A stretch of DNA of 64,000 bases from an uncultured Verrucomicrobiae bacterium (lineage in GTDB: Bacteria > Verrucomicrobiota > Verrucomicrobiia > Limisphaerales > Palsa-1400), in NCBI GenBank assembly GCA_963702845.1, contig OY969763.1:5664001-5728000 (forward strand). Reading direction: 5' to 3'. Shown here one piece after another: positions 32,502 to 43,386 of the stretch. Position 1 is the first letter of the stretch. Each line of letters begins with the position of its first letter. Under the pieces are notes generated by a model that did not search any database, was not told where the DNA came from, and saw only the letters and a list, made by a program, of their open reading frames with translations. The position numbers and the translations under genes were made by a program.

Positions 32502-32532
32502 ACGCCCGATCTTCCTAGAGGTGCGGTTGTTT

Positions 32533-32615
32533 AGAGGGGCGAGGCTGCGCCGTCTCAGCCTTTGCAACACTTCGCACCGCTCCTGTAAAAGACTTAGCAG
32601 GAGCTTCGCCCTACC
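32533..32615. repeat. Degenerate REP/REPIN-like inverted repeat
   Basis: AGGGGCGAGGCTGCGCC ... GCAGGAGCTTCGCCCTACC arms between convergent genes; GTAG-type end on the minus strand. Confidence 0.5.
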
Positions 32616-32769
32616 GAAAAATAGTAACCACCACTTGTAATCACACCCTCTTCCCGGGCGGTGTGCGCAACTTCTCGCAATGCGCTAAGCGGAAGACAAG
32701 CGCGTCTCACTGTTGAGATGAAATAAGGAAAGGAGAATGTTTTTTCGACGAACCAAGTCGAGGCGAAAC

Positions 32770-33687
32770 CTACCTCATCCAAGTCGGAAAGAAGGTTGGC
32801 GGCGTGGTTTTATCGGTGTCGAAGCTCATGTGCCACTGGAGCTTCCAAAGATCTCGTGCACGGTAACGACGTGTCGAACCGTCGGCGAACACCATATTGA
32901 CGCCATTTCCGTGCCTAGCCATGGCAAAGTTCGCTATCTCATGAGTAGCGTCCAAGTACTCGCCGTTGAACTGCGGTGGTTGAGTAGCAATTGTAGGATC
33001 CCATTGCGGTGCGCCGCCGCGCCACATCGAATCCGCCATGAGTGGAATCAACGGCGGTTTCGTCAGGGCGCTGGTGGTGCGCCAAAAACTCGCCGCTGGC
33101 CAACTATAGAGGGTGCTGACCATTCCGGATTTTTTCGCATAATTGAACGTCCACACATTGGCTCCGTAACTAGCGAGGGCCTTGCGATGTTGCGGGTCCT
33201 GCGGATCGATGTACGGCTTATTGTCGGTTCCAATTTCGAAGCTGGTGGTTGGTCCTCCCTGAGTTTGCGCGTTCGCGCTTCCCCACGCAACTCGCGTCTC
33301 CGGTTGGCCAGCCGGTGCTCCGTTCTGCATCTCGCCAGCCGTCGGACAAAGTAACAAGAATGGTTTTCTCCCAACATAATTACTTAAACACCCCACCCAC
33401 TGAGCGCGTTCCGGGAAACTCGCCTGGTCCCCATCGCAGTATGATCCTCTGTTATCTTCAGTATAATATGACCACATCAGTCCCCACTGGTGCAGATTCG
33501 ACATACATTGTGCGGAGTATGCTTTTTGCTTCGCCCTTGCCAGTGCCGGGAGAAGCATCGACGCAAGGATTGCGATAATGGCGATGACCACGAGCAATTC
33601 AATTAAAGTAAATCCACGCCCGCGCTCGCAATTTCCTTTGGGTTGTTCGGTCTGCATAGGTGCTTGTGCCCTCAACTTCAGGGCCAT
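32770..33687 (-). CDS. Prepilin-type N-terminal cleavage/methylation protein with H-X9-DG motif (DUF1559-like pseudopilin)
   Basis: [45 protein letters not shown]. Confidence 0.93.
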   Translation of the reverse strand: MALKLRAQAPMQTEQPKGNCERGRGFTLIELLVVIAIIAILASMLLPALARAKQKAYSAQCMSNLHQWGLMWSYYTEDNRGSYCDGDQASFPERAQWVGCLSNYVGRKPFLLLCPTAGEMQNGAPAGQPETRVAWGSANAQTQGGPTTSFEIGTDNKPYIDPQDPQHRKALASYGANVWTFNYAKKSGMVSTLYSWPAASFWRTTSALTKPPLIPLMADSMWRGGAPQWDPTIATQPPQFNGEYLDATHEIANFAMARHGNGVNMVFADGSTRRYRARDLWKLQWHMSFDTDKTTPPTFFPTWMR

Positions 33688-33742
33688 TTAGCCAATGTGC
33701 TTTTAGTCTTGAAAATATTACGTAAATGACTCAGCGCGTATA

Positions 33743-33758
33743 TCGCTCGTTTGAGCGA
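33743..33758 (-). promoter_or_regulatory. 7-2-7 palindrome TCGCTCG-TT-TGAGCGA upstream of the pseudopilin
   Basis: Inverted heptamers flanked by A...T; -10-like TAATAT 22 bp downstream on the minus strand (33720-33715). Confidence 0.7.
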
Positions 33759-34100
33759 TGGGGTGGTTAGATTGTTGTTTTTATACTATCAATTCGATCG
33801 ATCCGAAACAACGTCATTGCGCGACTTGTCTCGTGACGCGATAAAAACAAGCTTGTTGAGAAATTCGGTCTCGAGGGCTGAGGGTTTGAACCCGCTCAAT
33901 GAGGTTGGTCGCGAGAAGTTGCTGCCAACCAGCCCCTCCCCTCCCTCGAATTTGTTGATCACTGTCGACAGTAGTTACTTCATCGTATAACGTGTGTTGC
34001 GAGCTGAAGTCGGCTGGCCGGAGTGCCGAATGCCGTTCGGTCGCACCCATGTTCTTTGAAAGTTAATCGGAACGGAGTTGCGTGTTACTGTTCATGGAAG

Positions 34101-34158
34101 TAAACCGAGGTTAACCAAACCTAACCGGGGCTAACCGAAGTTAACCGAACCTAAAAAA
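34101..34158. repeat. 10-bp-period tandem array (YTAACCGRRS-like x5) followed by an A-tract
   Basis: taaaccgagg ttaaccaaac ctaaccgggg ctaaccgaag ttaaccgaac ctaaaaaa. Confidence 0.8.
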
Positions 34159-34255
34159 GTTCAATTTCCTGGCCAACGGCGACGAAATGCAACCAGCGCA
34201 TCGAAAAGCGGTTCTGGCGCGCCTTAAATCCCGTTAAGTAGTTTCCGGCGCCAGT

Positions 34256-34320
34256 CTGCGCAAACCTATGCAAACCCATGAAGCCTAATGCAAAGTTATG
34301 CAAGCCTGCGCAAAGCTAGA
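34256..34320. repeat. 10-bp-period tandem array (CAAACCTATG-like x6)
   Basis: caaacctatg caaacccatg aagcctaatg caaagttatg caagcctgcg caaagctaga. Confidence 0.8.
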
Positions 34321-34419
34321 GTCAGCAAAATTCAGGCAAATCGATGCAAGGTAACATGCTGAGCGAGGTTCGAACATGTCACCAACGCGTCCGAGTTGCC
34401 TCATCGAGCCTGCAAGAGA

Positions 34420-34448
34420 TTGACAAATGCCTTTTTCCCCGCAAAATT
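34420..34448 (+). promoter_or_regulatory. Probable sigma70 promoter of tRNA-Lys
   Basis: Perfect TTGACA at 34420-34425; CAAAAT/AAAATT 16-17 bp downstream; about 15 bp before the tRNA. Confidence 0.55.
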
Positions 34449-34462
34449 GGTCGTTCTTGGTT

Positions 34463-34538
<76 letters not shown>

Positions 34539-34592
34539 CTTTTTTATTTCTCCCCATTTTTGACCTCCCGCGCAACTTTGGTAGGTTCACAC

Positions 34593-35687
34593 ATGTCTGA
34601 AACCAAACAACATCCGCCAACTTTGCTCGATCCGGTTCGTGTTGGCGCGTGGAATCTCCCCAATCGCATTCTGATGGCGCCGCTGACGCGGTCGCGCAGT
34701 GGTCCAGAACGCATTCCGAATGATTTGATGCGGGAGTATTATGTGCAGCGCGCTTCGGCAGGGATGATTTTTTCGGAAGCGACGTCGGTCGATCCGATGG
34801 GCGTCGGGTATGCGGAAACACCGGGGATTTGGTCGGATGAACAAGTCGCAGGTTGGAAGAAAATCACGGATGCGGTTCATTCGGCCGGCGGCCGGATGTT
34901 GTTGCAGCTCTGGCATGTGGGGCGTATTTCGCATCCGATGTTTTTGAATGGGGCATTGCCAATTGCGCCGAGCGCAATCGCCGCAAAGGGACACGTAAGT
35001 CATGTGCGACCACTGACCCCGTTTCCAATTCCGCGCGCACTCGAGTTAACCGAGATTCCTGGACTCATTCGGATCTATAGGCGAGGAGCGGAAAACGCGC
35101 AGCGGGCCGGGTTTGATGGCGTGGAGATTCATGGCGCTAATGGATATTTGCCCGACCAATTTCTTCAGGACTCGACCAACAAACGCACTGACGACTACGG
35201 TGGGCCGATTGAAAATCGGGCGCGGTTTTTGTTAGAAGTGACCGATACGGCGATTTCGGTTTGGGGACACGATCGCGTTGGCGTGCATCTCGCGCCGCGG
35301 GGTGATGCGCATGATATGGGTGATTCGAATCCGTTGGCGACGTTTGGACATGTCGCGCGCGAACTTGGTAAACGTCGCGTTGCATTCATTTGTGCCCGCG
35401 AAGCGCTCGGGCCGAATCGGATTGGACCGGAACTGAAAAAATTGTTTGGCGGTAGTTACATCGCCAACGAACGGTTCATTTGGGAGACGGGCAATCAGGT
35501 AGTCACGGTAGGTGAGGCCGATGCGGTGGCCTTTGGCGTTTCGTTTATCGCGAACCCAGATTTACCGGAGCGCTTCCTGCAACACGCGCCGTTGAACGCC
35601 CCCGACAAGGAAACCTTCTATTCGCGCGGGCCGCACGGATACACGGATTATCCAATTATGTTTCCTGCTTCAGCACGAGCCGTCTGA
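34593..35687 (+). CDS. nemA: Old yellow enzyme family FMN-dependent alkene reductase (NemA/XenB-like)
   Basis: NRILMAPLTR, QLWHVGR, GFDGVEIHGANGYL.DQFL, N.RTD.YGG, F.ANPDLP, GYTDYP. Confidence 0.9.
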   Translation: MSETKQHPPTLLDPVRVGAWNLPNRILMAPLTRSRSGPERIPNDLMREYYVQRASAGMIFSEATSVDPMGVGYAETPGIWSDEQVAGWKKITDAVHSAGGRMLLQLWHVGRISHPMFLNGALPIAPSAIAAKGHVSHVRPLTPFPIPRALELTEIPGLIRIYRRGAENAQRAGFDGVEIHGANGYLPDQFLQDSTNKRTDDYGGPIENRARFLLEVTDTAISVWGHDRVGVHLAPRGDAHDMGDSNPLATFGHVARELGKRRVAFICAREALGPNRIGPELKKLFGGSYIANERFIWETGNQVVTVGEADAVAFGVSFIANPDLPERFLQHAPLNAPDKETFYSRGPHGYTDYPIMFPASARAV

Positions 35688-35712
35688 GATGGCCGTAGCT
35701 GCTGTTGCGGCG

Positions 35713-35940
35713 TCAAGCTTCGACGAGTCCGGCAGCGGCGGCTTTCACTTCCTCGGTTGTGAACGGTTTACCGCCGTAACCCCAGTCGCCACTTTTGACT
35801 TCGTCAATGACGACAAGCGTGTACGGGCGCAAGTTTTCACCTTCGATTGCGACCATTGTGTCGGTGAGATTGCGAACCATTTCCTGTTTTTGCTCGGATG
35901 TAAAAACGCCTTCGATGACCTTAACATTAATTAATGGCAT
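35713..35940 (-). CDS. 4-oxalocrotonate tautomerase family protein
   Basis: Start Met-Pro (MPLINVKV), 75 aa, EQK..L...LT and V.I.EV...DW..GG pattern. Confidence 0.9.
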   Translation of the reverse strand: MPLINVKVIEGVFTSEQKQEMVRNLTDTMVAIEGENLRPYTLVVIDEVKSGDWGYGGKPFTTEEVKAAAAGLVEA

Positions 35941-36159
35941 ACCATTCCTTTCTTGCTGAGCTCGAACACTAGGCGCGGAGCTCCTGGGCAACAACCGGTT
36001 TACCGGCAATAGGAAAATGCCTATTCGTCGATCAGCCAGTTGAACGGCTCGAACCGGCGTTCACCGATGCGGTTTTACGGAGCGCCGCTGCTCTATTTAA
36101 ACGACGCGCTGATATTGAAAATGTCCATCGGGCGCGGGTCGTTGCCGGTGCAGAAACTG

Positions 36160-37626
36160 CTACGGGCGGCTGTGGCCTTGTTCGCGGGCTTCGCGCAAAA
36201 TTGAGATGAGTTCCTGCACCTTCTCTGGATTGGCGGCAGCGAGGTTCTTGGTTTCGCCGATGTCGTCGGCCAGGTTGTAGAGTTCGGGGCTGGCGCTTTG
36301 TTTTGCTTTTGCGCCTTTGCCAGCGAGGGCAGGGGTCAGCAGTTTCCACGAGCCCTGACGGACGCCCATGCGGCGGCTGTGTTCGATGAGTGAAGGGCGG
36401 ACGGTGATTTTCAGGTTGCCATCGATGATCGGCAACAGGCTGAAGCTGTCGGGAGCGGAGGTGGGTGGAAGTTTTTGTTTCGTGATCCCCGCGCAGGTGG
36501 CAAGAGTGTCGACGAGGCAGACGAGTTGGTCGGAGGTGGCGGGTTTGATTTTGGCAGGCCAACGCACGATGAGCGGAATTCGCGTGCCGCCTTCGTAGGC
36601 GGTTCCTTTGGTGCCGCGCAAGGGACCATTGAAGGCGTGGCCTTGGTTTGATTTGACGTCGCCATCGCGCTGCGGAGAATCGCCGAAATCGAGGATACCT
36701 CCGTTGTCGCTGCTGACGATCAGGAGCGTGTTGGTGGCGAGATTGAGTTTGTCCAAAGCTTTAACAACTTCGCCCACCGTCCAATCGAATTCCTGAATGA
36801 CATCACCGCGCGGACCGGCTTCGCTGGCGTGACGGAAACGCGCGGCGGGCACGCGTGGGACATGGATGTCGTGCGTGGCGAGGTAGAGGAAGAAGGGCTG
36901 GCTGCGATTGCGCTCGATGAATTGGACGGCTTGGGATGTGAGTGTTTCGGCGATTGCGTCGTCTTTCCACAGCGCGGATTTTCCGCCGCTCATATTGCCA
37001 ATGCGGCCGATACCAGCGATGACATTGGCATGGCCGGGAATGCAGTGTTCGTAATCGACGGTGATCGGGTCTTTGGGATCGTAGTTTACGACGCGATGGT
37101 CTTTGACGTAGACGCAAGGCGCACGGTCGCCGGTCGCGGGAATGATGAAACATTCATCGAAACCGATTTCGAGTGGGCCGGGTTTGAGTTCGATATTCCA
37201 ATCAGGAGCGCTGTCGCTGAGGCCGAGATGCCATTTACCGATGCAGGACGTTCTGTAACCGGCTTTTTTAAGAAGCGATGGAACGGTGACTGTGCCGGGT
37301 TTGATGCTGAGCGGCGCGTTGCCGGGCAGAATGTGGTCGCCGGCGCGATTGCGCCAGGCATATTGGCCGGTGATGAGCGCGTAACGCGAGGGCGTGCAGA
37401 CTGCGGAGGCGGCGTGGGCGTCGGTGAAGCGCAAGCCTTGCGAGGCGACTTTGTCGATCGCGGGTGTTTTGACCTTTGTCGCGCCGTAACAGCCGAAGTC
37501 GCCGTAACCGATGTCGTCACCGAGAATGACTATGATGTTTGGTTTTTGCGCGGACGATTCGGCGGCGGCAGCATGCAATAAGCTGCTGCATACCATTGCG
37601 ACTAAAGTTCGTAACAACCAATTCAT
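36160..37626 (-). CDS. Formylglycine-dependent arylsulfatase
   Basis: Signal peptide; PNIIVILGDDIGYGD, CTPSRYALITG, GKWHLG, SDNG, YEGGTRIP, ELYNLADDIGE. Confidence 0.93.
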   Translation of the reverse strand: MNWLLRTLVAMVCSSLLHAAAAESSAQKPNIIVILGDDIGYGDFGCYGATKVKTPAIDKVASQGLRFTDAHAASAVCTPSRYALITGQYAWRNRAGDHILPGNAPLSIKPGTVTVPSLLKKAGYRTSCIGKWHLGLSDSAPDWNIELKPGPLEIGFDECFIIPATGDRAPCVYVKDHRVVNYDPKDPITVDYEHCIPGHANVIAGIGRIGNMSGGKSALWKDDAIAETLTSQAVQFIERNRSQPFFLYLATHDIHVPRVPAARFRHASEAGPRGDVIQEFDWTVGEVVKALDKLNLATNTLLIVSSDNGGILDFGDSPQRDGDVKSNQGHAFNGPLRGTKGTAYEGGTRIPLIVRWPAKIKPATSDQLVCLVDTLATCAGITKQKLPPTSAPDSFSLLPIIDGNLKITVRPSLIEHSRRMGVRQGSWKLLTPALAGKGAKAKQSASPELYNLADDIGETKNLAAANPEKVQELISILREAREQGHSRP

Positions 37627-37670
37627 GGCGCGAGCTTACTTTGACGCGGATGCGGCGCAAAGGGTTTCAC

Positions 37671-38369
37671 TTAGATTTGCTTGCGCATGGCGAGCGACTT
37701 TTCCGTTGGGTAACTGAGGACTTTTTGGCCGGTTGGGCAAAGGTGTTTGACTTCGCAATTTGGACAGTCGGGTGTGCGGGCTAAGCAGCGGCGTCGACCG
37801 TGCCATATTAATAAATGGCTGAAGAGACACCATTCGTCGCGCGGGACGAGTTGCTGGAGTTCAGTTTCGATTTTTTCGGGCGTCGATTTGGTTGTCAGCT
37901 TCAGGCGATGTGAAAGGCGGTGGACGTGGGTGTCGACAACGATACCGACGTTGATATTGAAAGCGTTGCCGAGGACGACGTTGGCAGTTTTGCGGCCGAC
38001 TCCGGCGAGCGCGGTGAGTTCGTCCATGGTTTGCGGGACTTTGCCGTTGTGCTGCTCAACTAACGCACGACAGGCCGCTTGGATGTTTTTGGCTTTGGCG
38101 CGGTAGAGGCCGATGCGTTTGATGTCTTGTTCCAGTTCGGCGAGGGGGGCTTCGGCGAAGTCTTTGGCGGATTTGTATTTTTTAAAGAGATTTTCGCTAA
38201 CGATATTGACCTGCTTATCGGTGCATTGCGCGGAGAGGATGGTGGCGATGAGCAACTCAAGTGGGTTGGTGTAGTTCAATTCGCAATGCGCATCGGGATA
38301 AGCACGGCGCAGGCCAGCAATGATTTCCTTTGTGCGGGTGAGTTTTTGAGCTGTCGTTTGGCGTGGCAC
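37671..38369 (-). CDS. nth: Endonuclease III
   Basis: ELLIATILSAQCTD, HhH LAGVGRKTANVV, VDTHV, 4Fe-4S motif C-X6-C-X2-C-X5-C. Probable GTG start at 38369. Confidence 0.96.
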   Translation of the reverse strand: MPRQTTAQKLTRTKEIIAGLRRAYPDAHCELNYTNPLELLIATILSAQCTDKQVNIVSENLFKKYKSAKDFAEAPLAELEQDIKRIGLYRAKAKNIQAACRALVEQHNGKVPQTMDELTALAGVGRKTANVVLGNAFNINVGIVVDTHVHRLSHRLKLTTKSTPEKIETELQQLVPRDEWCLFSHLLIWHGRRRCLARTPDCPNCEVKHLCPTGQKVLSYPTEKSLAMRKQI

Positions 38370-38506
38370 GGTTGTGATTATACGGCGAACGACCAGCGGT
38401 ATGCACCCTGCGATTTTGCTGTACAAATCTTTCAGGGTTCAGTCACACGAAAATTCCGGCAAAAATCTTGATTAAAAGTGCGTCCGCGAGCATCTAAATA
38501 GGTGCA

Positions 38507-41500
38507 ATGATTCCCAATTTCGGCAAAGCGCGCGCTGTATTTTTGTGCCTGTCACTGGGCGGCTTTGTGCATTTGACGTGCACTGCTGCGGACGATGCGA
38601 AAAATTCCCCAAAGGTGAGCTATTACCGCGAGGTGCGGCCAATTTTGCAGGCCAATTGCCAGGGTTGTCACCAACCTGCCAAGAAAAAGGGCGGCTATGT
38701 GATGACGGATTTTAAACTGTTACTAGCCGGCGGCGACAGCGAAGGCGCAGCGGTGGTGCCGGGCAATCCGGAAAAGAGTTCAATTCTCAAGATGGTCACG
38801 CCCGAAGGACGGCGAGGTGCGGATGCCGAAAGGGAAAACGCCGTTGACGGACACGGATGTAACCACGATTCGCAATTGGATTGCGCAAGGTGCGATCGAC
38901 GACACGCCTGCGGATGCGAAGCGGCATTACGACACGGAACATCCGCCGGTTTATACGCGGTTGCCGGTGATTTCGTCGCTTGACTGGTCGCCGGACGGGA
39001 AGTTGCTTGCGGTTTCGGGATTTCACGAAGTTCTCTTGTTTGAAACGTCCACGAGCGGCACGCCGAAGCTTGCGGGGCGGTTGATTGGATTATCCGAGCG
39101 CGTGCAGTCGTTGCGGTTTTCGCCGGACGGCCAACGCCTGGCTGTGGCTGGCGGTGATCCAGCGCGCATGGGTGAGATTCAGGTTTGGGATGTGGAGAAG
39201 CGCAAATTGGTGATGTCGACGCCAGTCAGTTACGACACGCTTTATGGCGTCAGTTGGTCGCCGGATGGAAAGTTGCTGGCGTTCGGTTGTCCGGACAACA
39301 CTGTGCGCGCCATTGAAGCGGCGAACGGCAAGCTAGTCGTGCAGATGGGGTCGCATAGTGATTGGGTGTTGAGCACGGCGTTTTCTATCAAAAGCGATTA
39401 CATCATTTCCAGCGGACGCGACATGAGCGTGAAGTTGACGGAGGTTGCGTCGCAACGGTTCATCGACAACATCACCTCGATTACACCTGGCGCCTTAAAG
39501 GGCGGCATCATGGCGGTGGCGCAGCATCCGACGTTAGAGCATTTCGTGGCGGTTGGTTCGGACGGCACGCCCAAAGTTTATCGGACGTTTCGTGAGGTGA
39601 AGCGCGAGATCGGGGATGACGCGCAGTTGATTGCGGATTTGTATCCTATGACCGGACGCGTCTTTGCCGCGCGGTTCAGCGCGGATGGCAAACGTATCGC
39701 TTGTGCCGGCGGCATGGATCGCGTCGGCGAGTTGTTGGTGTGCAGTTACGATTACACGAATGATGTGCCGAAGGAATTGCGCGAAATTATGGGCAAAGTT
39801 CCGGGCGGCCGCAAGAAAGAGGAAAACGATCGCCTCGCAGAATACAAGAAACTGGGCATCCACGAAATCGCGCGTGCGTCGGTCCCGCAGGCGGAAATTT
39901 ATTCTGTAGCGTTCAATGCCGACGCCAGTCAAATCGCGGCGGCGGGATCGGACGGAATGATTCGTTTGTATAACGCGACCAACGGAAAAGTAGTTGTGGA
40001 ATTTCCCGCCGTCGTCCATTGCGACGAATTCGGAGGTGGCAAAAGCTTCGAGCAAACCGATCGATTACATTCGGGATGTCAGCCCGGTTATCGCGCACCT
40101 CGGGTGTAACGCCGGCACGTGCCACGGCGCGAAGGAAGGAAAGAACGGATTCAAACTTTCATTGCGCGGTTACGATCCGGAAACGGATTTGCGCGCGTTC
40201 ACGGACGACATGGCATCGCGCCGCGTCAATCTTGCCTCGCCCGACGACAGCTTGATGCTGCTAAAGGCGATTGCTGAAGTGCCGCATGAAGGCGGACGGC
40301 GCACGACGCGTGATAGCAATTATTACCAGATGCTCCGCCAATGGATTGCGGAAGGCGCGAAGCTGGACATGAAATCGCCCCGCGTGGTGAAAATTGAAAT
40401 TCTGCCGCTGAACCCAGTCGTGCAGGAGATCGGTTCGAAGCAGCAGATGCAGATCAAAGCGACCTACGCGGACGGATTTGTTCGCGATGTCACAGCGGAA
40501 GCATTCGTTGAAAGCGGCAATACGGAAGTGGCAACGATTGACACGAGCGCGATGATCACGACGATCCGCCGCGGCGAAGCCCCGGTGCTGGCGCGGTTTG
40601 AAGGCAATTACGTTGCGACGACGATTACGGTGATGGGCGACCGGACAGGTTTCGTTTGGAAGCAGCCGAAGACGTGGGGGAAGATTGACGAACTGGTCGC
40701 GGCCAAATGGGAGCGGATGAAAATCGCGCCATCCGGAGCTGTGCACGGACCTCGAATTTATTCGCCGCGTTTACCTGGATTTAACTGGTTTGCCGCCGAG
40801 CCCCGAGGAGATTCGGTCGTTTCTGGCGGACAAACGCCGCGACGCGCGTCAAACGCGATGCGTTAATCGATTCGCTCATCGGCAATTCGGATTTCGTTGA
40901 TTATTGGGCGAACAAATGGGCCGACATGCTGCAGTGCAACAGCAAGTTTCTCGGCAGCGAAGGCGCGGAGATTTTCCGCAACTGGATTCGTGATCAGGTC
41001 GACAAGAACACGCCGTTACGATAAGTTTGCGCGCGAAATTTTGACTGCGACCGGTTCGAACAAGGAAAATCCGGCGGCGAGTTATTGGAAGATTTTGCGC
41101 ACGCCGACCGAGGCGATGGAAAACACTACGCAGCTGTTTCTCGCGACGCGGTTTAATTGCAACAAGTGTCACGACCATCCGTTCGAGCGTTGGACGCAGG
41201 ATCAGTATTATCATTTGGCGGCGTTTTTCGCGCAGGTGTCTTTGGCGAAAGACCCGAAGAGCGGTGACCAGACCATCGGCGGCACGGCTGTTGAAGGCGC
41301 CAAGCCGCTGTTCGAAATCGTGAGTGATGCGAAGGAAGGCGAGATGAAACACGATCGCACGGGCAAAGTTTCTCCGCCGGAATTTCCTTTTGCCGCCAAG
41401 GTTGTGCTCGCGACGGCGAAAGCACCCGCACCGTCCAAGGATGGAAAAATTAAGGAACCATCCGGCGCAATGAAAGAATCTGACAAGCCACGTCGCGAAC

Positions 41501-43377
41501 AACTCGCTGATTGGATCACTTCGCCGGATAATCGCTTTTTCGCGTCGAGTTACGCGAATCGACTTTGGGGGTATATGCTCGGCGCCGGCATTATCGAACC
41601 GCTGGACGACACACGCGCGGGCAATCCGGCGCGCAATCCCGCGTTGCTCGAATATCTCACGCACGAGTTCATCAACAGCGGTTTCGACACGCGGCATATG
41701 ATGCGGTTGATTTGCAAATCGCGCACGTATCAGCTTTCGATTCGGGCCAACAAATGGAATGAGGAGGACAAGGTCAATTACTCGCACGAGATTGCGCGGC
41801 GGTTGCCGGCCGAAACATTGTTCGACAGCGTGTTCAGAGTGACTGGAACGATACCGGATATTCCTGGCGCAAAACCTGGTCAACGCGCGATGCAGCTCGC
41901 TGATGTGGCTATTGATAGCAACGGTTTACTCGCGACGCTCGGTCGTCCTGCGCGCCAGAGCGCGTGCGAATGCGAACGCAGCATCTGATATCCGCATGGG
42001 TTCGGTCATGGCGCTGTTGAGCGGACCGACTATTTCAACCGCAATCAATCAACCCACCAATGCGCTGGCCAAGCTCGTCGAAAGCGAGAAGGACGATCGC
42101 AAGTTGATTGACGACGTGTTCATGCGCGTTCTGAATCGACCTGCCACTAAATCAGAAGTGACGAACACGTTGGCATTGATGGCGGAAGTGGACCAGGACC
42201 GAGGGGTTGTAACGAATGATCTTTCCAATCTGGAGACGAAACTCGCGCCGTCCATTGCAAAACTGAAGACGGATCGCGAGGATGCAATCGCTCACGCGAA
42301 AACGAATCTGGCCGTCTACACTGAAATGACGGCGACATTGTTGCCGGAATTGGAGAAACGACATCAGAATGAAATCGCGTTGACGAAGCGCGAACTCACC
42401 GAATACGAAAAGATCGATTCCAGTGCAGGCAGCATTGCTCGAAACGAAGATACAATCCGGCGGAAACCAAAACGATTTGGGTGACCGTCGAACCAAAAAA
42501 AGTGTCGGCTGGGAAAAAGCAAAATGAAACTGACCAAGAATAGTGACGGTTCGGTTCTTTCGTCCAAAGGCAAAGGGCCGATCGATTACATCATCAATGC
42601 TTCGTCGCCATTGACGAACATCACGGGTGTGATGCTCGAAGTGTTGCCGGACGATTCGCTTCCCGAATATGGACCTGGCCGCGCGCCGAATGGTAATTTT
42701 GTTCTTATCTGAACTCGAATTGAAGTGGGGTGGCGGTACAAATTCGGCCAACACATTCGCAAAGTTCGTGGATGCTCGCGCGGATTTTTCGCAGCAAGAC
42801 TTCGATGTTCATAAAGCGATCGACGGCGTGACCAGCGGAGTCGAACGGCTGGGCGCTCGCAGGTGCGGCTGGACCGATGCGGCACACCGCCACATTCAAG
42901 TTGGAAAAGCCGCTCACCGACAGCAAAGGGCTCTCGCTTCGTTTCACTTTGAAGCAGCAGTTCGATCCAGAACACTTGATTGGCAAGTTCCGCATTTCAG
43001 TCACCAGCAGCGCCGATCCGTTGGATTTTGGATTCCCAGAAAACATTGTGAAAGCGGCGCGTGCTCCGGCCGGCCAACGCACGGCTGAGCAATCCGCTGC
43101 AATCATTGACCTCGTGCGCGTTTCCGATCCTGAATTTTGGAAGCGCAAAGGAGCGTTCGCAAAAGTTTCCGCGCCGTTGCCGGAAGACCCGAAACTTGCG
43201 GAACTCAAAGGCGGCCTAAAAAAAGCCGAAGAACCGATTCATCTCGATCCTGTCCTGGTGCAATTGCGCGAGGATGCGAAAGAGAGCATCAAACAAAGCG
43301 AAAATAAACGACTGACGGTAGTGCAGGACTTGACCTGGGCGCTGATCAACAGCCCCGGATTTTTGTTCAATCACTAG
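38507..43377 (+). CDS. Planctomycete cytochrome c, WD40, Ig-like and DUF1549/DUF1553 (PSD1) protein, broken by about 9 frameshifts
   Basis: Consecutive ORF fragments give [15 protein letters not shown]40 repeats (WSPDGK), [63 protein letters not shown] and [16 protein letters not shown]. Confidence 0.85.
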
Positions 43378-43386
43378 AAAGGTTTT

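Noticed and set aside
34101..34320. Possible CRISPR array or replication origin in the repeated intergenic DNA
   Set aside because: Units are 10 bp, degenerate and lack unique spacers; no cas, dnaA or rep gene and no DnaA-box cluster seen.
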